63,323 bases of DNA, filler included, from Olpidium bornovanus S191 (GCA_017911155.1; 30 parts of 30 records of this genome joined end to end with filler, not necessarily neighbours in it), one strand, 5' to 3'; positions 34,276-47,237 are shown, counted from the first letter of the whole stretch. Made by a program: numbers and translations. Notes: generated from the letters alone by a model not told the origin.

Positions 34276-36699
34276 CGGGACAGGAGAGTCTGGAATTTCG
34301 TGCAAAATATAAAGGGCGAGGCAGCGGTGGTCCGGGCTTCGTTTTCGGTGCGCAAACCGGCTGGTTCGGGAACCCTTATTTGCGGACCGCTCCCTCGAGT
34401 TTCGAGATCTTGTACATATATACTTGGTGAAACTTTTTCTGGGAATCGCTTTTCAAGAAACCTGCCACTGCAGGTGCCCCATCTCCAGCATTTGAATAAC
34501 GCGGCCCGTTTGTGCGCAGGGGCAAGCCGTGGTCGCGGCGGCGATCCCCAAAAATCCCGTCGCGCGGGCCGCAGTGACGGAGGCAGACTCCGTGGTGGGC
34601 GTGGACCGCCAGTGGTTTTAGCCTGAAGGGGATACATAGTTGGACGCGCCAGGAATGCAGGCAAGGAACGGATGAGCCCTATCTGTCACGGACGTGGCCA
34701 GCACTGTCAGCCGGTAGCGCCCTTCGGCGTCTACGGCGAGTTCACGTGACCCCCACCAGACGCCACACTTTTGGTATTCTTAGCGGGCCTGCACCCCTTT
34801 CGGCCTCGCAACCCGTCAACTCCCCCAAGCAACTGTCAACCCTCTCCNNNNNNNNNNNNNNNNNNNNNNNNNNNNNNNNNNNNNNNNNNNNTTAATTAAT
34901 TAANNNNNNNNNNNNNNNNNNNNNNNNNNNNNNNNNNNNNNNNNNNNAAGTGAACGGGGAGGAGTTCTAGCGTACAGTTCTCGGAGTGGGTTTTAAAGTG
35001 CGTGTGCAGGGTAAAGGAATTAATTTACGACAGGATCTCGACGGCAAATGTTTGCTCAATATTCATGCAGAATTCTTTGTTGTGAGAGACGACACCAGAA
35101 TCTACAAATCATGGGAGGCATCATAACCCTCCCAACAAACGCGGTACTTCATATTGCGTTTCTGTGCTGCGGAGAGGTCCGAGTGACAAGTCTTTTATTT
35201 ATTCCAGTTGGTTAAGTTACCGCTTCGGGGTCGGGAAAATTGTTGAAAAGGAAGAGTTCCGTTTCCGCTATGACGAGTGCGTTATTTATGCTGCCGCAGA
35301 CGGCAGGCGTCCGCCGCCTTGCCGAAGGCGGAAGCCAGAAAGGAAGGACGAGAAAAGGGCTTTGGCAGTGGCGTGCGTGGCGCGCTGTTGTGGAGAAAAG
35401 GGGGCGCTGGGAAGAGAAGAGGATGACTGGTGACGGAATTCCAAAACTCGTTGACCGAAATCCAAGTACAAGTTTAAAATCCATTCCTTATCCTATTTCT
35501 GGCACGTGATCAGTGAGATGCGTCGCCGACCCTCCCCCCCCCCGGTTCCCTGTTGGATAAAGAGGCACCGAGCGCCCCAGCCCGCGTTATCCCTGCGTAG
35601 AGTCCGTAGTCCGCCGTCCGTCGGCGCGCCGCCCGCCGCCCGCCGTCCGTCGGCGCACCGCCCTCGCCGTACATCGGCGCCTCACCTGCTGCCGTCCGTC
35701 TGCAAACGAGAAAAGGAACCATGAGCGCAAACCGCGACCTCTTCCCGGTCCGGAGAACCGGTGTCGGAGGACAATGTGCCCTCCCTTGGCTGCGCCCCCC
35801 TCGTTTTGCGTCCTCCCCCCCCCCTAAAATAGCCCAACTTGCGCATGATCCGCACCACCTAGCAATTAGCAACCACCGAATAGCAAAATAAACAAAACAT
35901 ACCGCCTGTGCGCATTTTTCTTGGAGGACGGCTCTCGACTGCGACTCCCACGGCGGAGGGCGGCAAGTTCTTTGGGTCTGGTAAGGGTAAGAACGCGAGA
36001 GGCGGCGCGAGCTGAACTCCCTTTGGAGGTTTCTTTGAGCCCTCCTTCCGAGGTCCTTCGAACTCTCCTCGGTACGGGCATAGACGGCGACGGGAAAGGC
36101 CAGCCAACACCGCTGGAAGCCTTGCAGCAAGAGCCCCAGCTATCCCTGTTTTCTCCCTCCTTTTTCTCGAGGTCGAGCCTCTTTAGGCCGACACCGAGAG
36201 AGGAGAAGAGAAGGAACGACCGCGACCGCTCCGGCCGCAGCAACCGTGGTTTGGTCCGACAGCCATGCCTGGTGAATTCGGGGGAATGCCAGCGGCAAGC
36301 AAAGCTCCCTTCTTCACCCCTGAACGCGGAAGGGGAACGTCCCGTGACGCCACCAAGACCGGCGCACGAAGCCATTCGAGAGAGTCCGTGTTGTCCAACA
36401 TGTCCAGAATGACGGGACTGTCGGAAATGTTGAGAAGAATAGTGGACTCCGTTCTGTTACGACGAGAACAAGCAAAGGAGGAAAAACGGCGCCGTGAGCA
36501 GAAAATGCTGACGCGGAAATGGCCGCCCTGCGCGAAAGGGTGGCCACCCTCCAAAGGGAAAAGGCCGCCATGGAAGACAAATTCCAAGACCTCGAAAACA
36601 CGGTGGAGGAGTTGGTCAGCTCAGACCTGCACCACGACGAAAGCCCGTGCGGCGCGAAAAATCACAGCCCTTATGTGGGGCATGTCAAGCATCATGGGA

Positions 36700-37620
36700 A
36701 AAGCCGACTCCAAACCCTCGGACCTCGTCGTCAGAGCACTCTGTCCCACAATCTGCGGGTCCAGGAAGGGTGGTGACCGTCACCGACTTCATAGAATAAA
36801 ATGGAGACAGCCATGGAAGTCAGGCGCTTCACTCCGACAGAAGCCCTGGCACTAGCTACCAATTAGCTAAACGGACAACCAAGTCTCCTTGGAGAAACCA
36901 CGCTAAGGACTACCCGCGCGGAAGTCATGGTCGTTGGACTAAATGGGAAGAGCTGTGGGACGCCCTCTACCAACAGTACCACCCACGTGAACACCAACAA
37001 ACGACCATGAAGAACCTGGCAAATTTATCTCAGGCTAAATGCGATGGGGACCTTGAAAAGCACATCGAAACATTCAACTCACTGCATCTCCAAATCCCCA
37101 TCCCAAGGGACGAGCAATTCTGGGTGATGAGGTTCCACTTGGGGCTAAGCGGTGACCAAAAAATCCGCGTCATGCTCATGACCCCCCGAGTTGGATAACT
37201 TATACAAAGTTCAAGAGGCTGCCCGCCGCGACTTCCGTATAATCGGTGACGAGAAGAAAAGGCCCATCCATGGGGCCAGTGCTGCCGGGGCATCCTCGAC
37301 GGAAAACACAAGCAAGGAGACCAAACTGAAGGTTACCTGATATAACTGCGGCAAGCGAGGGCACATCGCGAAAGAGTGTCGCGTTCCGAAGAAGCGAAGG
37401 GAATTCAAGATTCCCGACGTGAGAACCAAATCAGAGAATGTGGCACCAAAAACCACTGTCGCCCCGGACATCAAACCCCCCACGGCAAATGTCGCCTTCC
37501 ATGCCAACGCCGCGGTTTGGACGGCTGGGAAAGACGAAAGCCACAATGTCACAATGGAAGGAGACGTGTCCATCGTGAACAGCACGACCGGCACAGCAAA
37601 ATGGACTGATGACGCCGTCA
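36700..37620 (+). mobile_element. Decayed LTR-retrotransposon gag (Ty3/gypsy-like), with stops and frameshifts
   Basis: WEELWDALYQQYHPREHQQTTMKNLANLSQ...HIETFNSL...RFHLGL. The zinc knuckle *YNCGKRGHIAKEC has its first Cys replaced by TGA (37338). Confidence 0.75.
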
Positions 37621-38337
37621 NNNNNNNNNNNNNNNNNNNNNNNNNNNNNNNNNNNNNNNNNNNNTTAATTAATTAANNNNNNNNNNNNNNNNNNNNNNNN
37701 NNNNNNNNNNNNNNNNNNNNGGGGGGGGGGGGGCGCTGTTAAAGCCCTTGCGCGGAGAGAGATGAGAAAGTTGAATCTCGATCAGCCTCGCAATTCTCTC
37801 AGCATCCGGGAACAAACAAATTTATGCCCCGCAATGTCCAATTGATTTTCTTGCCTTCCCCCGCCTCTTTCTCCTTCCCCCCTCCCCCGCCCCCCCTCCT
37901 CCCCCCCCTCCGCTCTGGCTTCCGGCGAAATCCCAAACCTCCGCTTCAACTGACTTACACGTGGTGGCGGGAGATGGGGAGGTCTCGCTGGGCAAGCTTC
38001 CCGTCCACAACCCGTACGCGTTTCTTATTCTTTCTTTTTTTTTCTTTTTGTTCTTTTTTTATTTCTTCCCGTTCTTTTTTTTTCTTTCTTTTTTTTGTTC
38101 GTTTTTTGTCGCCTTTTATAGTTGCGGGGAGAGGGGGGGGGGGAATTCAGAACGTGTCCGGTTGGACGTCCAGAGGGGTTGGGTTTACGCGCCGGTGTGC
38201 GGCGGCCGGAAGTTTTTGTGGACTGGGGTGCGATGGAGGGTTGCGCGTTTTTTTTTTCGCGCAAACCCTCTCTCCCTCCCCCCCCCCCCCCCTTCCCCCC
38301 CCCCCCCCCCCCCCACGCCGGCTCTCTTCCCCTTTTG

Positions 38338-38690
38338 TTACGCATCCGTTGCTTCCTTCGCAGTTGCTAGGGGGTTTACGCGTTGTTCTTCTTCTTTTTG
38401 TTTTTGTCAGCGCACCGCCGACGAAAATTGATCGCCCTCCTGCCTCGTCCTATTACGCGTCCGTTGCTGCCTTCGCGGTTGCTAGGGGGTTTACATGTTG
38501 TTCTTTTTTTTTTCGGTCGGCGCACCGCGACAAAAATAGGTCGCCCTCTCGCCTCGTCTTTTACGCGTCAGTTGCATCCTTCGCGGTTGCTATGGGGTTT
38601 TCGCGTTCAACTTTTTTTTTTTTTTATCAGCGCGCCGCCGACGAAAACCGATCGCCCTCCCGCCTCGTCTTGTTTCGCGTCTGTTGCCAC
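38338..38690. repeat. Degenerate tandem repeat, about 110-bp unit, 3 copies plus a partial fourth
   Basis: TTACGC(G/A)TC.GTTGC..CCTTCGC.GTTGCTA.GGG(G)TTT...CGC.CCGC...CGCCCTC..GCCTCGTC starts at 38338, 38453, 38561 and 38673. Confidence 0.9.
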
Positions 38691-38867
38691 GGGCGGGGGC
38701 GAATTTTTTTGCCACGTCAAGCCTTCTTCCCCCCTCCGCCGCCATTCCCCACCACACTACCAACTCCCGGGCTACGTGACCGACCACCAAATCCGGTGTG
38801 GTCAGCTGCATCGGCGCGCTGCCGGGACGGCGAAGCCGCTCGCGGGGAAGCTATCGCCGGGGTGTCG

Positions 38868-38907
<40 letters not shown>

Positions 38908-40450
38908 GGGGGGTGCAGCCTGGCCCCGAAAGCGCGATCGGGGAGGGGAACAACAAAAAGAAAAACCAAGTGACTGCGAGTGATTTTTCGTCAACAAACC
39001 GCCACCGCACCCGCCCAAGGGCCCTCGGCGGGCGCGGCTCAGACTCCCTGCACTTTTTCCGCGTGAACGTCTTTTGCGGCGGACCGAAGCAGTTCGACCC
39101 CAACGCCCACTTCCCTTTCCATTTCGCCTAGTTTCTACGCATAGAACACTGCCTTTTAAAAGAACGCAGAAACTACGGCGCCCAAAAAACAAACCTGGCT
39201 GAGAAAACGTTGGAGAAAAATGACCTCCCTGAGGAAGAACCAAAAATGAAAATGCTTTCCAAAGACAAAAAATAAACAGAAAACTTCTGTCTGCGCCCGC
39301 AGTATTGCCTGTTGGCCTTCGTTANNNNNNNNNNNNNNNNNNNNNNNNNNNNNNNNNNNNNNNNNNNNTTAATTAATTAANNNNNNNNNNNNNNNNNNNN
39401 NNNNNNNNNNNNNNNNNNNNNNNNCATGAAGTTGCGGCGGATTGTGTGGACTTTCGCTACTTCAAATTGCATATTCTCTGTTTTTCCGCTGATGCAAAAC
39501 AATGGTAGCGCCGGTGCCGGTAGAAAGCCCGGCGGTCACGGCGCAACCAGGCTCGGGCGTGAACGCCGTGCTCGGCAGACCGGCGCGCAGCTAGAAGACG
39601 TCGATGCGGGCGCGGCGGGCACGACGAGTGCAGCGGCAGGTGGCGTTTCCTGACGCTGAAGAGCAAGATGCCCAGAGAACGCGAACGGCAGCGTGTTGCC
39701 GATCAACGCGCCCCGGACCGTCCTAAAGAGGGGCAGGTGCGTGCGCTCCAAATCAGACTGGGAAGGCGCACGAGGCTCGAATAGCGGCGCAACCTGCGGA
39801 AGAGGGCGGCCGCTGTGCGAGAGCGTGACCGTGACGCACGCCAGCAAGCCCGCGCGGTGAAACCCCAAATATCCCGCTTGCACGTCTCCGTCGCATCGAG
39901 GAGCGGGTGATTGCCCCAGGCTCGACACGGGGCCAACACACAGTTCACAATGCCCTGCGACATTGGGAATGTCACGGACATCCCGCCGTTGGCGCCGGCC
40001 AAGGCGTTCTGCACCAACATCAGGGGGTGCAATAGCGCGCTGTCGTTTACGACGGGCACAAAATACCCGCGTGCGACATAAAAAATGCGTCAGGACGAAG
40101 CCACCACTTGTCCAAATGCAGTACGTAGCTGGCTCCGAGGGGTGTGAGGAGGCGAGGAGGAGCAGAGGAACAGAGGCGAGGAAGGAGCCGAGAGGAGCAG
40201 AGGAGAGCGGGGGAGAGTGAGTGGACGCGAGGAGAGGCGGCGAGGAGCAGAGAGTTGAGAGAGAGCAGCAGAGGAAGCAGCACAGGCGAGATGAGAGAGA
40301 AAGAGTCGAGAGGGAAAGGGGGGGCCGAGGGTGGCGCGCGGAAATAATTACAAAAACGACAAAAAAAAAAAAAAAAAAAACACGCACTCGGGCGGGTTCC
40401 TTGTTTCCCCGTCGCAGCAGCGCTTCCCAGCACCGCCCCGCACCACGACA

Positions 40451-41227
40451 ATGCTCTCAGAGGAAGACACCAAAAACATAGTCTCGGGAGGCGTCTGCGC
40501 CGCCGCGATCGTGCTTTACCACGTTTATCTCGTAATAAGGGCCAAGAGGCGACGTGAGTAGCAAGCAGCAGCCGCCGCTGACAAAAAACCAACTGCTCCG
40601 TTCTTCTCCGAAACGGGGCGAGGGAAAGAAAAAAAAAAAAAAAAAAAATCCGCCGGTCCCTCTCCGGCACGGAGGACCCATCCGCATCGGGGTTTGGGAC
40701 CGCTTCTCCCCGTCGGAAAAAAAAGGGCCCACTGCGTCTGCGAGTTTTGTTTCGTGTCTGCTGACCTATCCTCGCGTTCTCTCCTTTCCCCCCTCCCCCT
40801 ACTTTCCAAACGAAACCACCCCGATGACCGATTGCAGCAGAGACAACCGTAGCCGGCCTGACCCGATGGGCCCGAAAGGTGTGGGTCCATCACCTTATGT
40901 CACTCAATAAATTGGACGTGTACCCGGTGCAGGTATGTGCTGCTCCGTCGATCCTCAAGCCGGCCTGTTGCCGTCCGCGTTGCTTTTATAACCGTTCCTC
41001 TCCGGTCGACACGCACTTTGTTCCGAAAGGCGCTACGCAACCTCACCATGGCGGCTTCGATTCTCGCGACTGCCGCAATAACGATAGCGCTGGCGCTGTT
41101 GGCGCTCATGGATAAACTCACTGTGGACTCAGCAACGCTCCGCAACGTCTGCATGCCGTTACTCGCCCTCTGCTTTCTGTGCGCCTTCTTCTGCTTCGTA
41201 CAGGCGATGCGATATTACAACCACGTC
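40451..41227 (+). CDS. DUF599-family membrane protein, 3' truncated
   Basis: AIVLYHVYL...R|PETTVAG...ARKVWVHHLM...VYPVQ|ALRNLTMAASILATAAI...FLCAFFCFVQAMRYYNHV; two GT-AG introns. Confidence 0.82.
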
Positions 41228-42238
41228 NNNNNNNNNNNNNNNNNNNNNNNNNNNNNNNNNNNNNNNNNNNNTTAATTAATTAANNNNNNNNNNNNNNNNN
41301 NNNNNNNNNNNNNNNNNNNNNNNNNNNCATGCCACTCAGCGGGCCCTGGCCAGCGAAGCAGCATCGATGTGGCGCGGCAGGGCGCGTCCTCGGCCTCGAC
41401 CATCGCCTGCGGTCTGAGAAGGCGGACGCGCGAGATTTGGTACCTTAGGCAGCGAGGGGAGCGGGACCAAAACCATCATAAAACCTTCGGCATTTGTCAA
41501 GTGTGGACCCCAATTGTCCCAAAGTCATCCATTCTTTTTCACCGTTGGTGGTCAAGCGCTCCACAATTCAAGATAAACTCAAACACCTGCAATATGTGTT
41601 TGGACTCACCGAGCATGTGATACGCGCCTACGGCATTATCTGTCGAAGGTGGTAAAAGCGAACGCAGGAGAAATGCGAGCGAACCTTACGGAATAAGATG
41701 TAATTTGGCTTGATTCCTGTTTAGCGTGGTGCAAACATTACACTTTAAGCCTTCAAAGCAGGTTTTCCTCAATATTCAAGTTTGTTTATCAATAATGCAA
41801 TGTTGTTCCGCTCCGCCGAACGGCGCCGGAACCGGTGTTTCAAAAACGCCGCATTTGCCGGGCATGATGGCCGGGACGGACAGGTGGCTGACGCTAAATC
41901 CCGGTCCTTTTCCGAAGTCCACACTGTACCGCATTAAGAATTGTCCACGTTCAAGGTCAGTCTGCGTCGTATACTGGAATGTCACTACAGGGCCCCACGA
42001 CTTCATTTGCGTATGGAGGCGTTCCGGCATGTTATCGCGTAGTCTTGAGGTTTCGAGTCAGGCGGAGCAGAGGAGAAGCGAGCCCGGGTCGCGCGAGTGG
42101 GACGTTTCGCGAAGGGCGTCGCGGGCGGGAGCGTGTCCCTCCTCCTTTCTTCCTCCCCTTCCGCCCGAACGCACGGCCCCTTCTTTTCCCTCACCGCCCT
42201 CCACTCTCTTCTCCCCCTCCCCCCTCCCCCCCCCCCCC

Positions 42239-42339
<101 letters not shown>

Positions 42340-43147
42340 NNNNNNNNNNNNNNNNNNNNNNNNNNNNNNNNNNNNNNNNNNNNTTAATTAATTAANNNNN
42401 NNNNNNNNNNNNNNNNNNNNNNNNNNNNNNNNNNNNNNNGACATGGGATGTCACGTGACACTACCGTGGCGAAGGACAAAAGGACCACGGAAGGATGGCA
42501 GAAATTCTTGTGAAGAGCCACGCAATTGGTTTCAACGCAAAGAGACCCTCTTGCGCGGGAGGGCAGATGTGGAAGAATTTCCACAACGGCAAGCGGAACG
42601 AGCGGCGTCCTATGGGCAAGCGAATGATGGGGCGTTAACGAGGAAGCGAATAAGTTTGTCGAATTAACGAGGAGGCGAGGCGAAATGCTGAGGAGGGGAC
42701 TGCTGGCAGCAGCGGGGAGTGACGCGTGTTCGAGTTATGTGTTTTGCGCCGATGACGCGTTGGTTTATTCGGAAGAGTGGTTTACGCGTTATAGGGAAAG
42801 AGAGAGAACATTAAGGGGTTGCGACCACAGGACTCGGGATTCAACAACGCGTCGGGTGCATGGGACAATTAAACGAGTCCGGGGGGATGGGGAAAACGCG
42901 TTGGGAAAGAGAGCAGATCCCGCACTCCACCCCATAGAATGAACTTGTAGACACCCGAACGCACACAGCCAGCAAAGCAGAACCGGCGGACCGCCCGGGG
43001 CGCTCGAGCAGAGAGAGAAAACAGAGAGAAAGAGAGAATTGGAACCGCATTTGTCCCCAGCAGATCATTTGATTTCCGCCTCGGAGAAGCCCTGGAGCTT
43101 AACGGCTGACTCCGCCTTTTTGGTTAAAGTACAAATCTAGTACAACA

Positions 43148-43415
43148 GCGGCGGCGGGGGGAAAAGCGGCGGCAGCGGGAAAAGCGCGGCGGCTGTCGGA
43201 AAGCGGCGGCGGCGGGAACGCGGCGGGGAAAGGCACGGCGGCGGGATAAAACGGCGGAGAAAGCGGCAGATGGCGGAGAGCAGACGGCGGATGGCGGACG
43301 GCAGATGGCGGCGGCGGCGGCAGGCGGCGGGCGGCGGACGGCAGATGGCAGCAGCGGCGGCGGGCGGCGGGCGGCGGGCGGCGGACGGCGGATGGCAGAC
43401 GGCGGACGGCGGGTT
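43148..43415. repeat. GCG/CGG-rich low-complexity tract
   Basis: Dense GGCGG/GACGG/GATGG units. Confidence 0.9.
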
Positions 43416-43444
43416 GTTCTAGATAGAGACGGGCGTTACTACCA

Positions 43445-43550
43445 TGTAACGCGGGTGTTCGCGTTTTATTTACGGAGACGGCGGGCGGGAGGAAGGGGGG
43501 AGAGCGGAGCCGCTGGGTGGTTATGTACGGAGGGAGGTCACGTGATCACA
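43445..43550 (-). mobile_element. Candidate short LTR (106 bp, TGTGA...TTACA) followed by TGG PBS-like sequence
   Basis: Minus strand: TGTGATCACGTGACC...CGCGTTACA|TGGTAGTAACG, then the CCG-rich tract. It abuts the 5'-truncated integrase on the plus strand. Confidence 0.3.
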
Positions 43551-43870
43551 TTATGCGTCTACTATAACAACGTGTCGCAGGGCAGAAAATTAAAATCCAT
43601 CGCACGGACCGTGGGGGTGAATATATGTCTGCAGAATATACTAACCATTTGAACAGCTGCGGTATCTGCTCACAGCTGACCATACGAGAAACCCCCGAGC
43701 AAAATGGCAGAGTGGAATGATTCAACCAAACCATTGAAGAACCACCCCACGTGATCTTATTTTCTTCCAAGCTACCCCTCCGCCTGTGGCCCGAAGTTTG
43801 GAAATCTGTCGTCTGCGTTTATAATCTTTCCCCTCACCGTGCGACTAACACCGTCCCGTTGAGTGTCATC
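43551..43870 (+). mobile_element. Ty1/copia integrase core remnant (pseudogenised)
   Basis: GRKLKSI/(frameshift)RTDRGGEYMS...GICSQLTIRETPEQNGRVE*FNQTI...LP..LWPE...VYNLSPHRA. Confidence 0.85.
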
Positions 43871-44686
43871 GATGCGCCTTGGATTCCGGACGTGCCGCTT
43901 AACTTTTGGCCACTTTTGTGTCGCTTGGGACATAACAGCGATATTCCTCTGAAGTTGTTTTTCCGGTTATCAAAGCCGGACGGTGCCGGTGACATATTCC
44001 AAGAAGCCTTCCGGCTTTGTCCAAAGCGGCGGCGGATGGGAAACTTACATCATCTGCGTGCTAAATCGTGGACAGCAACGTTTAAAAACACGCAAACGAA
44101 GTATTGTGCAAGGCCGTAATTGCGTTCACCCCCGAGACTGCTTACACGCGCTACGCTTACGCAATTCGCGCAAAACAAACCCACATGCCCGCAGAAGCCA
44201 CACTTAACTTCCGTCTGCTTTCTGCTTTTTTTTTTTCGCTGCAATCGCTGTCATGACCGGACGTTTCGGGGTTCGGACCTTCTGCCTGGCGCAGGCGCAG
44301 TTGGTGTTAAGCTCCTCGCGTATGGGTTCCTCTGGCGAAGATTTTTGGAAACTTTACGGAAGCGGTTGTTGCNNNNNNNNNNNNNNNNNNNNNNNNNNNN
44401 NNNNNNNNNNNNNNNNTTAATTAATTAANNNNNNNNNNNNNNNNNNNNNNNNNNNNNNNNNNNNNNNNNNNNGATTTGGGTCTGGGGGGGGGTGTTGGGG
44501 TCGCGCTGTGCGGTCGTCTGTGTGGTTTGGGGCGTCCCCCCCCAGGCGGGTTTGGTGTGGGGTTTTTTTTTCTCCCCCCCCCCCCCCCCCCCTCCGTCAG
44601 CTAACGTCCCCTCGAGCGCCGGCACGCACGCGGTATTTCTTTCTCCCCGCTGCTAATTTTTGCCCGATCCGCTCTGACCGGGTCAG

Positions 44687-45178
44687 GTGTGGGAGCGCAG
44701 GACCGGAGGAGCCGTCTACGCGCCGCTCTCGCTCGTCACCGAAGCACGCTCGTCTTTCGGTCGCTGGCGGCCGTCGGTGCTGGTGGGCTCGCACGACCGG
44801 ACCCTCGAGGCGCTGAGTCCGCTCACGGGGCAGACGCTGTGGAGCGTCCGCCTGAGCAACAACGTCTTCGGCGCTCCCTGCTGGTTCGCGGCCCACGGCG
44901 ACGGGTCGCCTCCCGTGGTCGCTGTGGCCGCGACGGTGGACGGCACCGTCTGGCTTCTGGACGCCTCTCTCTGCACCCCGACCGAGGGCGAAGGCAGGAT
45001 CCTGGCCGCGTTCAAGCTTCCCGACGAGGCGTTCTCGTCTCCGGTGTTCGTGCCCGCGTCCGAAGGCGACCTGCACGACGGCGAAGACGGCCGTTCGCCG
45101 GCAAACGGGAAGGTCGTCGGGCGGATCGCCATCGGCTGCCGCGACGACGGAGGCTGGATGCTCGCTCTGACAAGCTGA
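44687..45178 (+). CDS. AASDH: C-terminal exon of an AASDH/ACSF4-like (beta-alanine-activating, NRPS-like) protein; PQQ-type beta-propeller
   Basis: VWERRTGGAVYA...VLVGSHD..L.AL..LTG..LWS...VFGAP...AATVDG.V...FKLPDEAFSSPVF...IAIGCRDDG.W.L*; the LP.E.FSSPV...GCRD end is typical of AASDH. Confidence 0.72.
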   Translation: MWERRTGGAVYAPLSLVTEARSSFGRWRPSVLVGSHDRTLEALSPLTGQTLWSVRLSNNVFGAPCWFAAHGDGSPPVVAVAATVDGTVWLLDASLCTPTEGEGRILAAFKLPDEAFSSPVFVPASEGDLHDGEDGRSPANGKVVGRIAIGCRDDGGWMLALTS

Positions 45179-46399
45179 GCCCATGGTCTGACCTGCGCAC
45201 GGGTTGTTTTCCCCCTGGCTTTTTTTCGCCGCCGAAATATAAGTACACACATCTGTACGCCGTCCGAGGCTCGAAAAGCGGCACCGCTTACACTCCTGTC
45301 TGGCATTCCGCGCCAACCGAAAAAAAAAAAAAAAAAAGGAGCGTTTTCTCTTACGCAACCATTGCCGTCGGGCGCCTGAACGGCGGTTGGGGGCGCACGC
45401 GGCCCATCGTTCAGCTCTCGTGAACGGGGATTAATTTTCTGGGACTGGGCAGATAGCGCGTGCCCGCCCCCCCGTTTCCGCGTCTTCGCGCCGTGCAATT
45501 GACGTCGTTTTTCTCGGCTTGCCGGGCGACTCGTCAAGTGTGACGCTAAGGGGATTTTTTTCGCCACACCCCCCCCACACTTCCCACCATATTCCCCAAA
45601 AACTGCTTGCGCGAGCGCGAAAACACCACGCAAATCGACGGCGGTTTTGAAACGGCGCGCGCGCCAGGAGGAACGTGGGCCACCGGAATTTTTTTTTGTT
45701 TTATTTTACTTTCTATTGTTGTGACCTGAAAGATGCGCTCTTCGGGTCACGTGATCATTGAAGATGCCACCGATCGGCGAGAGGCTCTCCGAGCCTCCCC
45801 CAACCTCGTCGAACGCAAACAAAGCAGAAAAGAAAGGAAGGCGGGAAAAAGAAGAGCGCAGAATTGCAGCACGTTATCAGCACCATAAGGCTCTTCTCTC
45901 GACAGCCATCGGGCGCGTTTGCCATCTTCGCGCCTTCGCTTTGCCTTCGCCGTCGCGTGACCTCTGCCGCGCGCTCGACCGCCGCTGTCACACCTCGCCG
46001 TCACCATCTTCGCGGAAGGCTCTCCCCCTGAGCCACCAGGTTGCGATTAGTATCTTGCGCACACCATGGTCACGCCATTGGAAGATGCGCAGAGCCTTCG
46101 CGAAGGGGGCGCACGGGGTTGGGAGGCGGTTAGATTTTGTTCTCTCACTATATACCATAGTCCACCTCCCGTTGCTATGGTAACCTTTTTCGAAGGGGGG
46201 GGGGAGGAGTGTACAGTGTGCACGTCACGTAACGCGTAAATCCGAGAAGCCCCCTCCCCCGCTTTTGCCGAACTTCTCCCCACTGTAGCTCGGACCCAAC
46301 GCGCCGATTTCCACGAAACTTATATCAAACGAAAGCCCTCGACGAGCTCTTTCGCCCTGTCATATTCGTTTAGAATTTCGGTGCCGTTGGAAGGAGAAA

Positions 46400-47100
46400 T
46401 CGCAGGAACGGTCAATTTTGGAGGCTATCCTGATGGCGATACCTGGCAGCTTGCAAGGCCTCGGTCGCAGGCGAATTCCCAACCGATCGGCATGAAACTT
46501 GGCAGGCGGAGAGACGACGTCTCGGGGTATCCGCCGCATATGACGGAATAGGAATCGGCGGGCAGACGACCGAGAACGACCGGTTTTTGCACGAAAACCA
46601 GCGTCACAAGGGTTTCCGCACGTTGACGGACGAATACTGAGCCGATCGTCGTCATATATTGGGACAACGTAGGCTAAGACTCGACGCATACGCTCGTCCG
46701 AACCGCTTGGCGATAGCTGCCTTAATTAGTTGGCTACTTTTTGGAATTACCAAAATGATGTTTTTACATTATTACTCGGCCAAGACTGCTTGAATCGCCC
46801 GGCGCAAGCGCACAGCTATTCTCCTCGATGACGCGTATCATCGTACCAAACGGCATCCGAATCCGTTGTAAACTCATCGAGAACCAAACCGTTGAAGTTT
46901 GAGAAATTGCATACCATTCTTCTTTTCGCATTCTTCTTTTCGCAAGAGAAACACTCACGACATTTCCGGACATCTCCACTGTCATCAATAACCTTGTTGC
47001 AAAACCCGGCACCCTCGGAAGCCGTCTTTTGTTGTAAACGATCCGGGCAGTGCCGGGCATAATGACCTTGCTGTCTGCACCAATAGGAGACGTCATGAGA
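46400..47100 (-). mobile_element. Heavily decayed copia-like gag/protease remnant
   Basis: The frame from the contig end gives SYWCRQQGHYARHCP (knuckle lacking the first Cys), then AVWYDDT and later LAYVVP...LSI, with stops and frameshifts. Confidence 0.45.
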
Positions 47101-47205
47101 NNNNNNNNNNNNNNNNNNNNNNNNNNNNNNNNNNNNNNNNNNNNTTAATTAATTAANNNNNNNNNNNNNNNNNNNNNNNNNNNNNNNNNNNNNNNNNNNN
47201 GGGGG

Positions 47206-47237
<32 letters not shown>

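Noticed and set aside
38368-38600. TAGGGGTTT motifs as telomeric repeats
   Set aside because: They occur once per 110-bp unit and do not form a tandem telomere array.
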